Shown here in pieces: positions 29,379 through 38,681 of a stretch of DNA of 64,000 nucleotides. Position numbers and translations under genes: made by a program. This DNA is from Candidatus Latescibacterota bacterium. GTDB lineage: Bacteria; Latescibacterota; UBA2968; UBA8231. The DNA lies in NCBI GenBank assembly GCA_965261395.1, contig OZ253462.1, forward strand, positions 5,664,001 to 5,728,000, read 5' to 3'. Under the pieces are notes generated by a model. It had not been told where the DNA came from. It searched no databases and worked only from the letters and a program-made list of their open reading frames with translations. Position 1 is the first letter of the stretch. Every line of letters starts with the position of its first letter.

Positions 29379-29426
29379 AGAAGCCTCTCCCTGGATGTGG
29401 TTTCCCTGATTTGGAAGGTTATTTAA

Positions 29427-29459
29427 AAGTTAGCTTATCGACAGAGTACCGTCAATAAG
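29427..29459 (-). promoter_or_regulatory. Sigma70-like promoter overlapped by a palindromic operator candidate
   Basis: TTGACG-17nt-TAACTT on the minus strand; inverted repeat CTTATCGAC-N8-GTCAATAAG at 29434-29459. Confidence 0.5.
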
Positions 29460-29596
29460 TATATTTTTATGTGCCGGTCTCGGGGAGGCCTCCCAAGAGA
29501 GAGGTGTTGGAGCTTGCTGGGAGCTGACTAAGGGCGTTTTGATATCCAACCAACTACTCATCAGTTAAAAGCAAGGTCGCTAGAAAGCACGGTCTC

Positions 29597-30868
29597 TCAT
29601 TGTCGCTGGTTGGGTGTTGATCGCTGGGCCGTCAGGGACGAGAGGCTACCCAAGTTTCTCAGCGAGGGAAAAAGGCCGGTCCAAGCGGCGACGACCAGCA
29701 ACGTGCCGATGCCACCGCTGACGACGGAGAAGACCGGGTTGAAGAGTTGGGCTACCAGCCCGGACTCAAAGCCACCGATCTCGTTGGAAGAACCGACGAA
29801 GATGGCGGAGACGGCTTGGACTCGGCCCCGCATCTGGTTGGGCGTGCCCATCTGCGAGATGACGCGGCGGATGACCATGCTGACGTTGTCGAAGGCACCG
29901 GTTAGCGCCAGCATTAGCAGCGAGAACCAGAAGTTTTGCGAGAGGCCAAAGAGAATAGTCGCCGCACCAAAACCGACCACGCACCACAGCAGGGTCTTGC
30001 CAGCGCGGCGAATCGGCGGTAAATGGGCGATGGCCAAGGCGGTGATGGTGGCACCGATGGCCGGGGCCGCGCGCAGCCAGCCGAGCGCGGCTTCGGGTGC
30101 GAGGCCGACGGGGCCGAGGTCGATGATCTCGCGGGCGAAGATGGGCAAAAGGTACACTGCGCCGCCTAGCAGTACGGCGAAGAGATCGAGCGAGATCGCG
30201 CCGAGTAGGAGCGGTTGGTCGCGGACGAAGCGCAGCCCGACGGCGATCTGAGCGAACATATTGCCCCCTTGGATGCGCGGGGCGGGCGGCAAGATCATGG
30301 TGCTGAGGAAGAGGATGAAGGCCGCAGAAGAAACGGCGCTGAGGATATAGGCGGCTTGGATATTGAAGGCGATGACAAAACCGCCGATGGCCGGTCCGGC
30401 GATGCCGGTGATCTGCATCAGGCTGGTTGACCACTTGGCAGCGTTTTCAAAGAGCGCGTCCGGCACCAACAAGGGCGCGATGGCTCTTTGGGCGGGCCAA
30501 CCTAAACGGAGGAAGGACGAATCCAAAAAGAGCAGCAAGTACATCCAGTGGACCGGCATCTGGTACCAGCTAAAGACGGCCAAGGCCAGCGAAGCGAGTG
30601 TCGCGCCAGCTAAGCTGAGCATCATCAGCTTGCGGCGGTCGAAGACGTCGGCTAGATACCCGGCGGGCAGGGTCAAGAGGAGCATGGGGATGGCTTGGAC
30701 GAGGCCGACCATACCGAGGGAGAGCGCTTGGCCGGTGCGGTCGTACATCTCCCAACCGATGGCCAAACCCTGGGCGGCCGTACCCATCCGCACTAGTGCG
30801 GTGGCGATGAGGTAACGCCGAAAGAGCGGGACACGCAGGCTGGTGTAGGGGTCGTGTCTTTTGTGCAA
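29597..30868 (-). CDS. MFS transporter (EntS/MFS_3-like)
   Basis: Many TM helices, AGYLADVFDRRK motif A, ISLDLFAVL.GG, MRGRV, SNEIG.FESG. Confidence 0.92.
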   Translation of the reverse strand: MHKRHDPYTSLRVPLFRRYLIATALVRMGTAAQGLAIGWEMYDRTGQALSLGMVGLVQAIPMLLLTLPAGYLADVFDRRKLMMLSLAGATLASLALAVFSWYQMPVHWMYLLLFLDSSFLRLGWPAQRAIAPLLVPDALFENAAKWSTSLMQITGIAGPAIGGFVIAFNIQAAYILSAVSSAAFILFLSTMILPPAPRIQGGNMFAQIAVGLRFVRDQPLLLGAISLDLFAVLLGGAVYLLPIFAREIIDLGPVGLAPEAALGWLRAAPAIGATITALAIAHLPPIRRAGKTLLWCVVGFGAATILFGLSQNFWFSLLMLALTGAFDNVSMVIRRVISQMGTPNQMRGRVQAVSAIFVGSSNEIGGFESGLVAQLFNPVFSVVSGGIGTLLVVAAWTGLFPSLRNLGSLSSLTAQRSTPNQRQ

Positions 30869-30977
30869 ATCAGTAGCGGTGTACTATTATGGGCGGCGAG
30901 TGGTGCGAGCTTACTAATTACCTATATGGCTCTGGCTAGCGCCAGTGACACACTGTCGAGGGAGGGAAGCGAATACT

Positions 30978-32210
30978 ATGTTGGCAATAGATGGGGGACC
31001 AAAAGTCCGCGAGACGCCATTTCCCCAGCGGCATCTGTTTGGGGCTGAGGAGCGCCAAGCCGCGCTTGGGCTGTTCTCTGCGGCGATGGAGAGCGGCGCT
31101 GCGATCGGCTACAGTGGGCCAGAGGAATTAGCCTATGAGCGGGAGTTCGCCGCGTTTATGGGAGGTGGCTACGCCGATTTGGTCAACTCGGGTACTGCGG
31201 CGCTCTACGCGGCATTGGGAGCCCTAAAGTTAGAAGCGGCTGGCGAGGTAGTGATTCCGCCGATTACGGATCCGGGTGGGGCAATGCCTGCGGCGCTGTT
31301 GTGCCAAGTGCCAGTGGTTGCCGATGCTGCGCCGGGGTCGTTCAATGCCGGTGCTGAGCAGATTGAGGAGGTGCTAACGCCCCACACTCGCGCTATTGTC
31401 GTGGCCCATATTGCCGGCGAACCCGCGGATATGACGCCAATTTTGGCACTCGCTGAGGAGCGCGGCATACCGATCATCGAGGATTGCGCCCAGACCCACG
31501 GGGCGCGCTACAAGGGGCAGCTAGCGGGATCGTTGGGCACGGTGGCGGCCTTTTCGACCATGAGCGGCAAGCACCACGCGACAGGCCCGCAGGGCGGGGT
31601 GGTCTTTACCCGCGACGAAGAACTCTGCTGGGAGGCCAAGCGCTTTGCCGACCGGGGCAAGCCTTTTAATACAGATGCGACCTCCAACCTGCGCGCCGGC
31701 CTCAATCTTAACGGCAACGACCTGTCAGCGGCCATTGGGCGGGTGCAGCTAAAGAAGCTCGATGCGATGATCGCCAAGCGACGGCAGGTAGCGGCGCAGA
31801 TTACCGAGGCCATTGCCGAGTGCAAGGCGGTGCGGCTGGGATGGCAGGTGGCCGAGTCGGAGGCGGTGTACTGGTTTATGCGCTTCCACGTAGATGCCGA
31901 CAAGCTCCGGGTGGACAAAGACGGCTTTGCCCGGGCAGTAGCCGCCGAGGGGATTCCGGTGACAGCTACGTATCGCTATATCCCTTCCGAGGCGATCTGG
32001 TTTAAGGAGCGGCAAGTCTTTCCCGGCAGCGACTATCCGTGGGGATTGCCGGCGTATGGGGGGAACCGCAATGCGCAGTTCCCCTGTCCCAACGCCGTTG
32101 CTGCGGTTGAAAGCCACTTTATCATGTCGATTCACGAGAATTTTGCCGCGCGGGAGGTGGCGGATGTTGCGGAGGCGTTTGCGAAAGTAGAGCAGGCGTA
32201 TTTGCGGTAG
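30978..32210 (+). CDS. DegT/DnrJ/EryC1/StrS PLP aminotransferase
   Basis: LAIDGG, VNSGTAAL, IEDCAQ.HGA, FS....K PLP lysine; GGAGG RBS before ATG 30978. Confidence 0.9.
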   Translation: MLAIDGGPKVRETPFPQRHLFGAEERQAALGLFSAAMESGAAIGYSGPEELAYEREFAAFMGGGYADLVNSGTAALYAALGALKLEAAGEVVIPPITDPGGAMPAALLCQVPVVADAAPGSFNAGAEQIEEVLTPHTRAIVVAHIAGEPADMTPILALAEERGIPIIEDCAQTHGARYKGQLAGSLGTVAAFSTMSGKHHATGPQGGVVFTRDEELCWEAKRFADRGKPFNTDATSNLRAGLNLNGNDLSAAIGRVQLKKLDAMIAKRRQVAAQITEAIAECKAVRLGWQVAESEAVYWFMRFHVDADKLRVDKDGFARAVAAEGIPVTATYRYIPSEAIWFKERQVFPGSDYPWGLPAYGGNRNAQFPCPNAVAAVESHFIMSIHENFAAREVADVAEAFAKVEQAYLR

Positions 32211-32264
32211 TATAGATTACCATTAACTGAAGGGAAAACCGAACCCTCCAGCAAAGCGGGGAAT

Positions 32265-33041
32265 ATGCGAAAGAGCAAAGTCTTGGACAAAGTTCGCACG
32301 GGGCGGTGTGCCCGCATTTGTGGCCTAGGGCATTATCTGCCGTTCTTCGTGCGCTATGCCGCCCACAACGGCTATGACGGCATCTGGCTCGACTTGGAAC
32401 ACCGGGCGATGGATCAGCGCGAGGTCCAGGGCCTGTTGGCCTTATGTCATGCCTGCGATATCGATTGCATGTTGCGGGCCGCGACACTTGAGCGCACTCG
32501 CCTCTACCGCTATCTCGAGGACGGGGCGACCGGTCTGATGATGCCGCTGGTTGCCGATGCGGCCCTAGCGCGCCAAATCGTCGCCGCGGTGAAGTACCCA
32601 CCCTTGGGCAATCGCGGTTTGGACGGGGCGGGTTTGGACGGTGATTTCGGTCTCGACGTATGGCATGAGGGCAGTACCTATATCGACGACGCCAATCGCG
32701 AGACCTTCGTCGTCTTGCAGATCGAAACCCCGCAAGCGCTGGCCAATGTCGAAGAGATCGCCGCGGTCGAGGGGGTGGACGGGCTCTTCGTCGGCCCGGC
32801 GGACTTGGGGTTGCGGCTCGGTGTGGCCGGGGGGGATGTCGATCTCGATCAAGCCGTCGCCAAAGTAGCGGCGGCGGCGAAAAAACACGGCAAAGCCTGG
32901 GGGATACCCGCTGGCACGCCCGAGTTGCTGGCCAAATACCGCGCCCAAGGGGCGCAGATGCTGGCCTATGGCGGCGATTTTGCCCTAGCGCAGGTTTTGG
33001 CCGCTTGTCGCCGGGATTTCGACCAAGCGCTCGGTGAATGA
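32265..33041 (+). CDS. HpcH/HpaI family aldolase
   Basis: WLDLEH, YPPLG.RG, QIET, FVGPADL. Confidence 0.92.
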   Translation: MRKSKVLDKVRTGRCARICGLGHYLPFFVRYAAHNGYDGIWLDLEHRAMDQREVQGLLALCHACDIDCMLRAATLERTRLYRYLEDGATGLMMPLVADAALARQIVAAVKYPPLGNRGLDGAGLDGDFGLDVWHEGSTYIDDANRETFVVLQIETPQALANVEEIAAVEGVDGLFVGPADLGLRLGVAGGDVDLDQAVAKVAAAAKKHGKAWGIPAGTPELLAKYRAQGAQMLAYGGDFALAQVLAACRRDFDQALGE

Positions 33042-34098
33042 GATGACCATGAGATTGCCCTCCGGCCGCATTTGGCCGCATCCAGTATGCGATATGCTGG
33101 GGTTAAACCTGACTCATCCCCGTTTCGTGATCGACGATATTGACCTAGGCAAAAAAGACGCGAGTACTTGTCGCGGTGACTTCCCCAAGTTTGCCGAATG
33201 GGGAGTGGGGGTGGTGATGTGCAAGGGGGGAGCGGCCTACTACGACGACAACTACAAACCGCTGTGGCGCCAGGAGTCGGAATGGCGTCCGGGCCGCGGC
33301 GGCGAGGATATGTTCCTGAGTCTGGCGATCAAGAATCCGACCCAACTGGTACTGGGGGTGCTCGACCGCTTTTTGCTCAACGTCGAAGCCCATCCCGAGC
33401 AGGTGCTGCTGGTGCGGACGGCTCGGGACTTGGATGCTGCGCAGGCGGCGGGCAAGGTCGCGGTATTGATGGGGGCCAATCGCAGCGACTGGTTTGGCGA
33501 CGGCCCCGGCATCCTGCGGATGTTTGCCCGCCTCGGGCTGCGGATGATCACCTTGGGTCAAGCGACCCGCGAGTTGGGTTGGGACGCCTCCAATGAGACC
33601 CGTTCGGGCGGGCGGATGACCGAGTTGGGGGTGCGGATGATTGCGGAGATGAACGCGGCCGGGATCCTTATCGACCTAGCCCATAGCAATGATCCCTGCG
33701 CCCTCGATATCATCGAAGTATCGACAAAGCCGGTGGTCGACTCGCACTCGCATCCGCGGGCATTGGTCGGCGACCTTAGGGCGGCACCCGACGAGGTTAT
33801 GCGGGCGTTGGCCGAGCGCGGAGGCATGTTGGGGATCCCGCCGCCGATCACCCGGCCGCCGGGGGACGCGCCCTATCGGGCGGTCGCGCCAGAACAGTTG
33901 GAGCAGACCTTGGTGCAGGTTCGCTACGCCGTTGAGGTGATGGGTGTAGAAGGCGTAGGGATCGGCACCCACTTCAACAGTGCGGTATTGCCTTGGGTGG
34001 TAGAGGGCTTGCTGGATGCGGGATTCAGCGCGGAGGACGCGAGCAGGATATGCGGCGGGAATTACCTGCGGGTCTTGCGCGAGGTGCTGCCCGCGTAG
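33034..34098 (+). CDS. Membrane dipeptidase (peptidase M19)-like amidohydrolase with atypical metal site
   Basis: G.R..TL, G...I.EMN..G.LIDLAH, DSHS, LA.RGG..G, VGIG motifs; several metal ligands are altered. Confidence 0.75.
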   Translation: MNEMTMRLPSGRIWPHPVCDMLGLNLTHPRFVIDDIDLGKKDASTCRGDFPKFAEWGVGVVMCKGGAAYYDDNYKPLWRQESEWRPGRGGEDMFLSLAIKNPTQLVLGVLDRFLLNVEAHPEQVLLVRTARDLDAAQAAGKVAVLMGANRSDWFGDGPGILRMFARLGLRMITLGQATRELGWDASNETRSGGRMTELGVRMIAEMNAAGILIDLAHSNDPCALDIIEVSTKPVVDSHSHPRALVGDLRAAPDEVMRALAERGGMLGIPPPITRPPGDAPYRAVAPEQLEQTLVQVRYAVEVMGVEGVGIGTHFNSAVLPWVVEGLLDAGFSAEDASRICGGNYLRVLREVLPA

Positions 34099-34138
34099 TT
34101 GTGTTAATATTCCATAAGGTGCAAGGAAAAGCAGGTCG

Positions 34139-34954
34139 ATGATGAACGAAGCGGAAAAGTATCTCTTCGAAGTACACGGCTATCTGGCGATCGAGGGTGC
34201 GCTCTCGCCGCAGGAAGTGGCGGCGGCCAATGCGGCGATTGACCACTACGCCGATCAAATCGGCATCCGCGCCAATGACTTGGCCCACGAATCGGAGACG
34301 CTCAAGGGCGCGCAGGGACGCGGCGATTTGGGCGGGGTGCTGACGTGGGACAAACCGCACTGCGATCCGTTCCGGGCGATGATCGCCCACGCGAAGTTCA
34401 AGCCTTATCTGGAAGAATTGCTGGGACCGGGTTTTCGCCTAGAGGGCTTGGGGATCATCACCATGGACGAAGGGGCCGAAGGTTTCTGGTTCCACGAGGG
34501 CGGCGAGCCACTCGACCGCTCGCGGGGTTTCCTCTACCGCAATGGCCGGATGTTTTGCGGGATGACCAACATCGCCGTACAGTTGGCGGATGTGGGGCCG
34601 GAAGATGGGGGTTTCGCCTGTCTGCCCGGTAGCCATAAGGCCAATTATCCCTGCCCGGACGAGATCCGGCTGTACGAGGCGCACCAAGATCGCATCGTGC
34701 AGATCCCGGCCAAAGCTGGCGACGCGATACTGTTCGTCGAGACGCTGATGCACGGGGCCCTGCCGTGGACGGCCAAACACCAGCGGCGCTCGGTGATTTT
34801 GCGCTACAACCACGGCGTCCAAGCCGAATCGCTGATGGGGACCTATACACCGCCGGATTTCTACGCCGAGTTGACAAAGGCGCAGCAGGCGGTGATTACG
34901 CCGCCGCAGTACCGGAGAGAAGACAAGGGGTCGCGGCTTTACAAGCAGAGATAA
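34139..34954 (+). CDS. PhyH family dioxygenase
   Basis: YLFEVHGYL, HxE, GGFACLPGSHKAN, AGD...F.E.L.HG..PW.....RR. Confidence 0.88.
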   Translation: MMNEAEKYLFEVHGYLAIEGALSPQEVAAANAAIDHYADQIGIRANDLAHESETLKGAQGRGDLGGVLTWDKPHCDPFRAMIAHAKFKPYLEELLGPGFRLEGLGIITMDEGAEGFWFHEGGEPLDRSRGFLYRNGRMFCGMTNIAVQLADVGPEDGGFACLPGSHKANYPCPDEIRLYEAHQDRIVQIPAKAGDAILFVETLMHGALPWTAKHQRRSVILRYNHGVQAESLMGTYTPPDFYAELTKAQQAVITPPQYRREDKGSRLYKQR

Positions 34955-34996
34955 GAAGGTCGAGTTGCAAAGCCATCAACCTAAGGAGGTTAGACG

Positions 34997-36274
34997 ATGC
35001 AATGCTGGATTTTCGTTTTCAATCCGCTCGAACGCTACATAGCCAACTACAAGCATATCTTCGACGCTTGGGAAGCGGGCGGAGTGCGCGGCATTGTGGT
35101 AGGGCGCATGTTTTTTACGGAGGACGACGGCAGCCGAATTCCCGCCTTTCCCCAAGATCCTAAAGCCTACGCCGACTTGGGGCTGGAAGCGCCCGAGGAG
35201 CAGCCCCGCAATCTGGAAAAGGAGCGGGGACTAAGCGCTATGCTGGATGACGCCGCCGGGCGCGGCTGGCATATCATGGTATTCGACAGCGGCACTACCG
35301 CCCACGTGCAGAGCTTGATAAACCGCTATCCCCAGGTCAACGGAGTGATCATCGACGGACCCGGCGAGAACCACTACGAACTGGCTTGGCACCACGGCGG
35401 TGAACTTTTTGAATTGCGCGATGGCGAGCGCCGTGAGTTCGCCAACTTGGGCTTTGACATCGACCGGCTGGAGCGCGGCATTGCCCATCTGCACCAGCGT
35501 TTCCACAACCTCACCCCGGATCTCGTGCGCTATTGGGCCCCGGGTGGTACTCTGGCTGGTCTGAATCTCTTTGATATCAACGAAGACGCCCTGTACTGGC
35601 TGCGGGCGCGGGGAGAAAAGTCGCGGCGTTCCTGGGAGCAGGCCCGCGCCAACTTGGACAGGGTGAACCGCTACGTCGAACTGGGCGGCATTCCGCGCAT
35701 CACTACTTTTTCTTCGCTGACCGGCCAGGATTACCAGCAGATGCCGCCGTACTTCGACTATATTTTTCCCAAGCACTACTACTGGCATCGCGGCTTCGAC
35801 GGGATGTACGGCACTATTGCCCGCTGGGTGCAAAAGTTCGCCGAGTGGAACCCCTCCCTGACTGAGGCCGACTGCTTCCTGCTGGTCGAATCGCTGTTCG
35901 GCCTGCGTCTGCCCAATGTCGAGTCGCTGCTGGACATGGAGATGGGTTTTCCCGATGAGTTTTTCACCGAAGTCGTGTACCGCGAAACGCGGCGGGCGCT
36001 AGAGGCCATCAAAGACGTCGATAAAACCATCTTCTGGGTGTCCACCGGCCGCTCCCCGCACGCCGGAGACGCCATGCCGGCCCGCGACTTAGCCGGTATT
36101 CTCAAAGCCTCGGAGGCCGCCGGTGCCCAGCGCTTTCTCTTCCATCCAGACCCGGATCCCAGTCCGGCCGAGTGGAGCGTGATCAGCGGCCTGTGCGGCG
36201 CGCAATGGCGTCAATCACGGGACGGATACTGGCCGCCCAATGCGGCCAAACCAGACGAATACCTGCGCGATTGA
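34997..36274 (+). CDS. Conserved hypothetical protein
   Basis: 425-aa ORF with strong AAGGAGG RBS, co-oriented in the operon; no family recognised. Confidence 0.8.
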   Translation: MQCWIFVFNPLERYIANYKHIFDAWEAGGVRGIVVGRMFFTEDDGSRIPAFPQDPKAYADLGLEAPEEQPRNLEKERGLSAMLDDAAGRGWHIMVFDSGTTAHVQSLINRYPQVNGVIIDGPGENHYELAWHHGGELFELRDGERREFANLGFDIDRLERGIAHLHQRFHNLTPDLVRYWAPGGTLAGLNLFDINEDALYWLRARGEKSRRSWEQARANLDRVNRYVELGGIPRITTFSSLTGQDYQQMPPYFDYIFPKHYYWHRGFDGMYGTIARWVQKFAEWNPSLTEADCFLLVESLFGLRLPNVESLLDMEMGFPDEFFTEVVYRETRRALEAIKDVDKTIFWVSTGRSPHAGDAMPARDLAGILKASEAAGAQRFLFHPDPDPSPAEWSVISGLCGAQWRQSRDGYWPPNAAKPDEYLRD

Positions 36275-36363
36275 TAGGCTGCAAAGGATTTGAGGAGCTG
36301 GCGCGTATGCGCTGGAAAGACGTTTCGTTGGAGACACTAGCATACAAAAAGGCATAACTCTTT

Positions 36364-38649
36364 TTGCGACGTGTCTTTCCCTTGTATGCCTTATCGGGCT
36401 TCATCAGCCTCGGCTACCAAGTCGCGTGGTTCCGCATTTTCGTCGATTGGTTTGGCTCTACTAACCTCACCTTCGCGCTAGTGGTGTGCAGCTTCATCGG
36501 GGGCTTGGGCTGCGGTGCGCTTTTGAGCCAACGAATCACCCGACTGCTGACCGACCGAACCGGCATTGGGGACAAGCTGCGTTTGTACGGGCTGATAGAG
36601 TTTCTGGTCGGGGTATCGGCCCTTGTGACCGTAGTAGCCGAATATCTACCGCCGGACCTCTGGGGTTCCTTCCCCTATTATCTGGACGACGGAATCTGGC
36701 TGCAGACGATCCGCTACCAGATTGCCCAAGGAGCCATCGCCACGGTCAGCCTCTTCATTCCTTGTCTGTTCATGGGGGTGACCTTCCCCTTGCTATGCGA
36801 CATCTTCCGCTCAATATCGAGGAACGGGCGTCTCCCCTCCGTCCTGTACGCGTGGAATACTATTGGGGCGTGTGCTGGCGTACTCGCTTGTCAGTTCATC
36901 TTGATACCGGCGATCGGGCACGAGCCAACCTTCTGGCTGATCGCCGGTTTGAACATACTGCTAGGATTATACTTCCTAGCCAGCGGTGGTGCGCCCGCTG
37001 GCGACGAAGCGGCGGACACTGCCAGCACAACATTCCCAAGTGCTGGAGTCCCATCTAGGTCGGGAAGTGCCCTCATTGCTTGTGCCGTGTTGAGCGGCTT
37101 ACTCGCCGGAGCGCTCGAAGGCGATATGTTCAAGCGGATCGACTTCATTGTCGTGCTGAGCCCTGGGGCGATCATGTCGTTTATCTCCTTCTGGGCAGTG
37201 CTGGGCATTTTCTTGGCCAGTATTATCGCGCGGCACATCAAGGGCATCGGGCTGGCTCATATCAAGGGCGCGTACATTCTGGCCGCGCTCTGCTACTTCG
37301 CGCTCTGGCAATTCAGCGACGAGCTGACCTACTTGGTGGGTAACCCGCCGGATGTGCGCGGCGTACACCACTTCCCAGTGAGTCTCTTTCAGCTCTTCAT
37401 TTATACTGGCATCTATGTACTGCCTTCTTACTTGCTGATCTCCCTGCTCCTACCCTACGTCTGCAACCGACTGCAGGGCATGGGGAAACACCTGGGGCTG
37501 GCCTACGGTCTGAATACGGTGGGGTTCTGTCTCGGCCTGATCGCCTTCACGCTGGTGGCACCCCGCCTGAACATCTTTTACTCGTTAAAGCTCTTCCTGA
37601 TCTTCATGGCGCTCGCCGCGCTCGCCCTAGCGTGCATCTCGGAATTCCGCCCCATCAAGGCATGGCAGATCGTTGTCTTGGTGGCCTTTGTCGCCATCGC
37701 CTGTATAGCTACGCCAAGAAGATTCGATCGAGATTTTTTTACGCCTCTGATGTGGCCCAATGCTGTTGCGGCCCAAGGCCTGAGGAGCAACGCCGCCCAT
37801 ACTACGTATTTTCTCGAGCTTCCGAACAACAACATGAAGCTCTTCTTCGGCCGGCTGTCGATGTCGGGTACAGCGCCGCGATCCCAGCAGTATATGCGTC
37901 TGATGGCGCACTTTCCCTTGCTCGCCCATCCGCATCCAGAGAAAGCTCTGCTGATCTGTTTTGGCGTTGGCAACACCGCCTCGGCCATCGCCGCCCACGA
38001 GAGCATCACACGGATCGATGCCGTTGATCTCAACGAGAACGTATTCAAGACGGTGCCAGCCTTTGCCGAGCACCACGCCTTCGTACATTTGGATCCACGG
38101 CTGCGGATGATCAACGACGACGGGCGCAACTTCCTCGCGCTGAGCGACGAGACGTACGACCTGATTACCAGCGAACCGCCGCCGCCCATGGCCGGGGGAG
38201 TGTACCGCCTGTATTCGCGGGAGTACTACGAGCAGGTTCTTGCGCATCTGAGCCCCGATGGATTTATGAGCCAATGGCTTCCCATAGGCCAGTTGCCCAA
38301 CGACGCGATCGAACTGGTGGCCAGAACCTTCGTCGCGGTATTTCCCTACAGTCTGTTGTTCGAGGGAGCAGGCCACCACCTGATCTTGCTAGGCAGCCGC
38401 TCACCCGTCCGTTTCGAGCGACTGTCCGAACGCTTCTACCAATCCGACAGGGTTAGAACCGATCTCTTGCGGATCGGTCTCTCAACGCCCGCCGCGTTGG
38501 TTGACCGCGTGATCCGCAACGACGCCGAGCTGCGCAGCCGCCTTGGACCGGGGCGCGTGCTCAGCGATCAGCACAATGATTTGGAGCATTTGTTTTACGA
38601 TCCAGAGGAAGTCCAAAGGACCTCGGACGAATATCTGCGCGGTCGATAG
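36364..38649 (+). CDS. Fused membrane domain / spermidine synthase-like SAM-binding protein
   Basis: SGF.SL.YQV.W.R, LMG.TFPL, LYAWNT.GA TM region; C-terminal LICFGVG.T, DGRNFL, YDLITSEPPPP, LYSREYY. Confidence 0.88.
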   Translation: MRRVFPLYALSGFISLGYQVAWFRIFVDWFGSTNLTFALVVCSFIGGLGCGALLSQRITRLLTDRTGIGDKLRLYGLIEFLVGVSALVTVVAEYLPPDLWGSFPYYLDDGIWLQTIRYQIAQGAIATVSLFIPCLFMGVTFPLLCDIFRSISRNGRLPSVLYAWNTIGACAGVLACQFILIPAIGHEPTFWLIAGLNILLGLYFLASGGAPAGDEAADTASTTFPSAGVPSRSGSALIACAVLSGLLAGALEGDMFKRIDFIVVLSPGAIMSFISFWAVLGIFLASIIARHIKGIGLAHIKGAYILAALCYFALWQFSDELTYLVGNPPDVRGVHHFPVSLFQLFIYTGIYVLPSYLLISLLLPYVCNRLQGMGKHLGLAYGLNTVGFCLGLIAFTLVAPRLNIFYSLKLFLIFMALAALALACISEFRPIKAWQIVVLVAFVAIACIATPRRFDRDFFTPLMWPNAVAAQGLRSNAAHTTYFLELPNNNMKLFFGRLSMSGTAPRSQQYMRLMAHFPLLAHPHPEKALLICFGVGNTASAIAAHESITRIDAVDLNENVFKTVPAFAEHHAFVHLDPRLRMINDDGRNFLALSDETYDLITSEPPPPMAGGVYRLYSREYYEQVLAHLSPDGFMSQWLPIGQLPNDAIELVARTFVAVFPYSLLFEGAGHHLILLGSRSPVRFERLSERFYQSDRVRTDLLRIGLSTPAALVDRVIRNDAELRSRLGPGRVLSDQHNDLEHLFYDPEEVQRTSDEYLRGR

Positions 38650-38681
38650 GACCCAAGGGGCTTTGGGGGGCTGGCGAGCAG

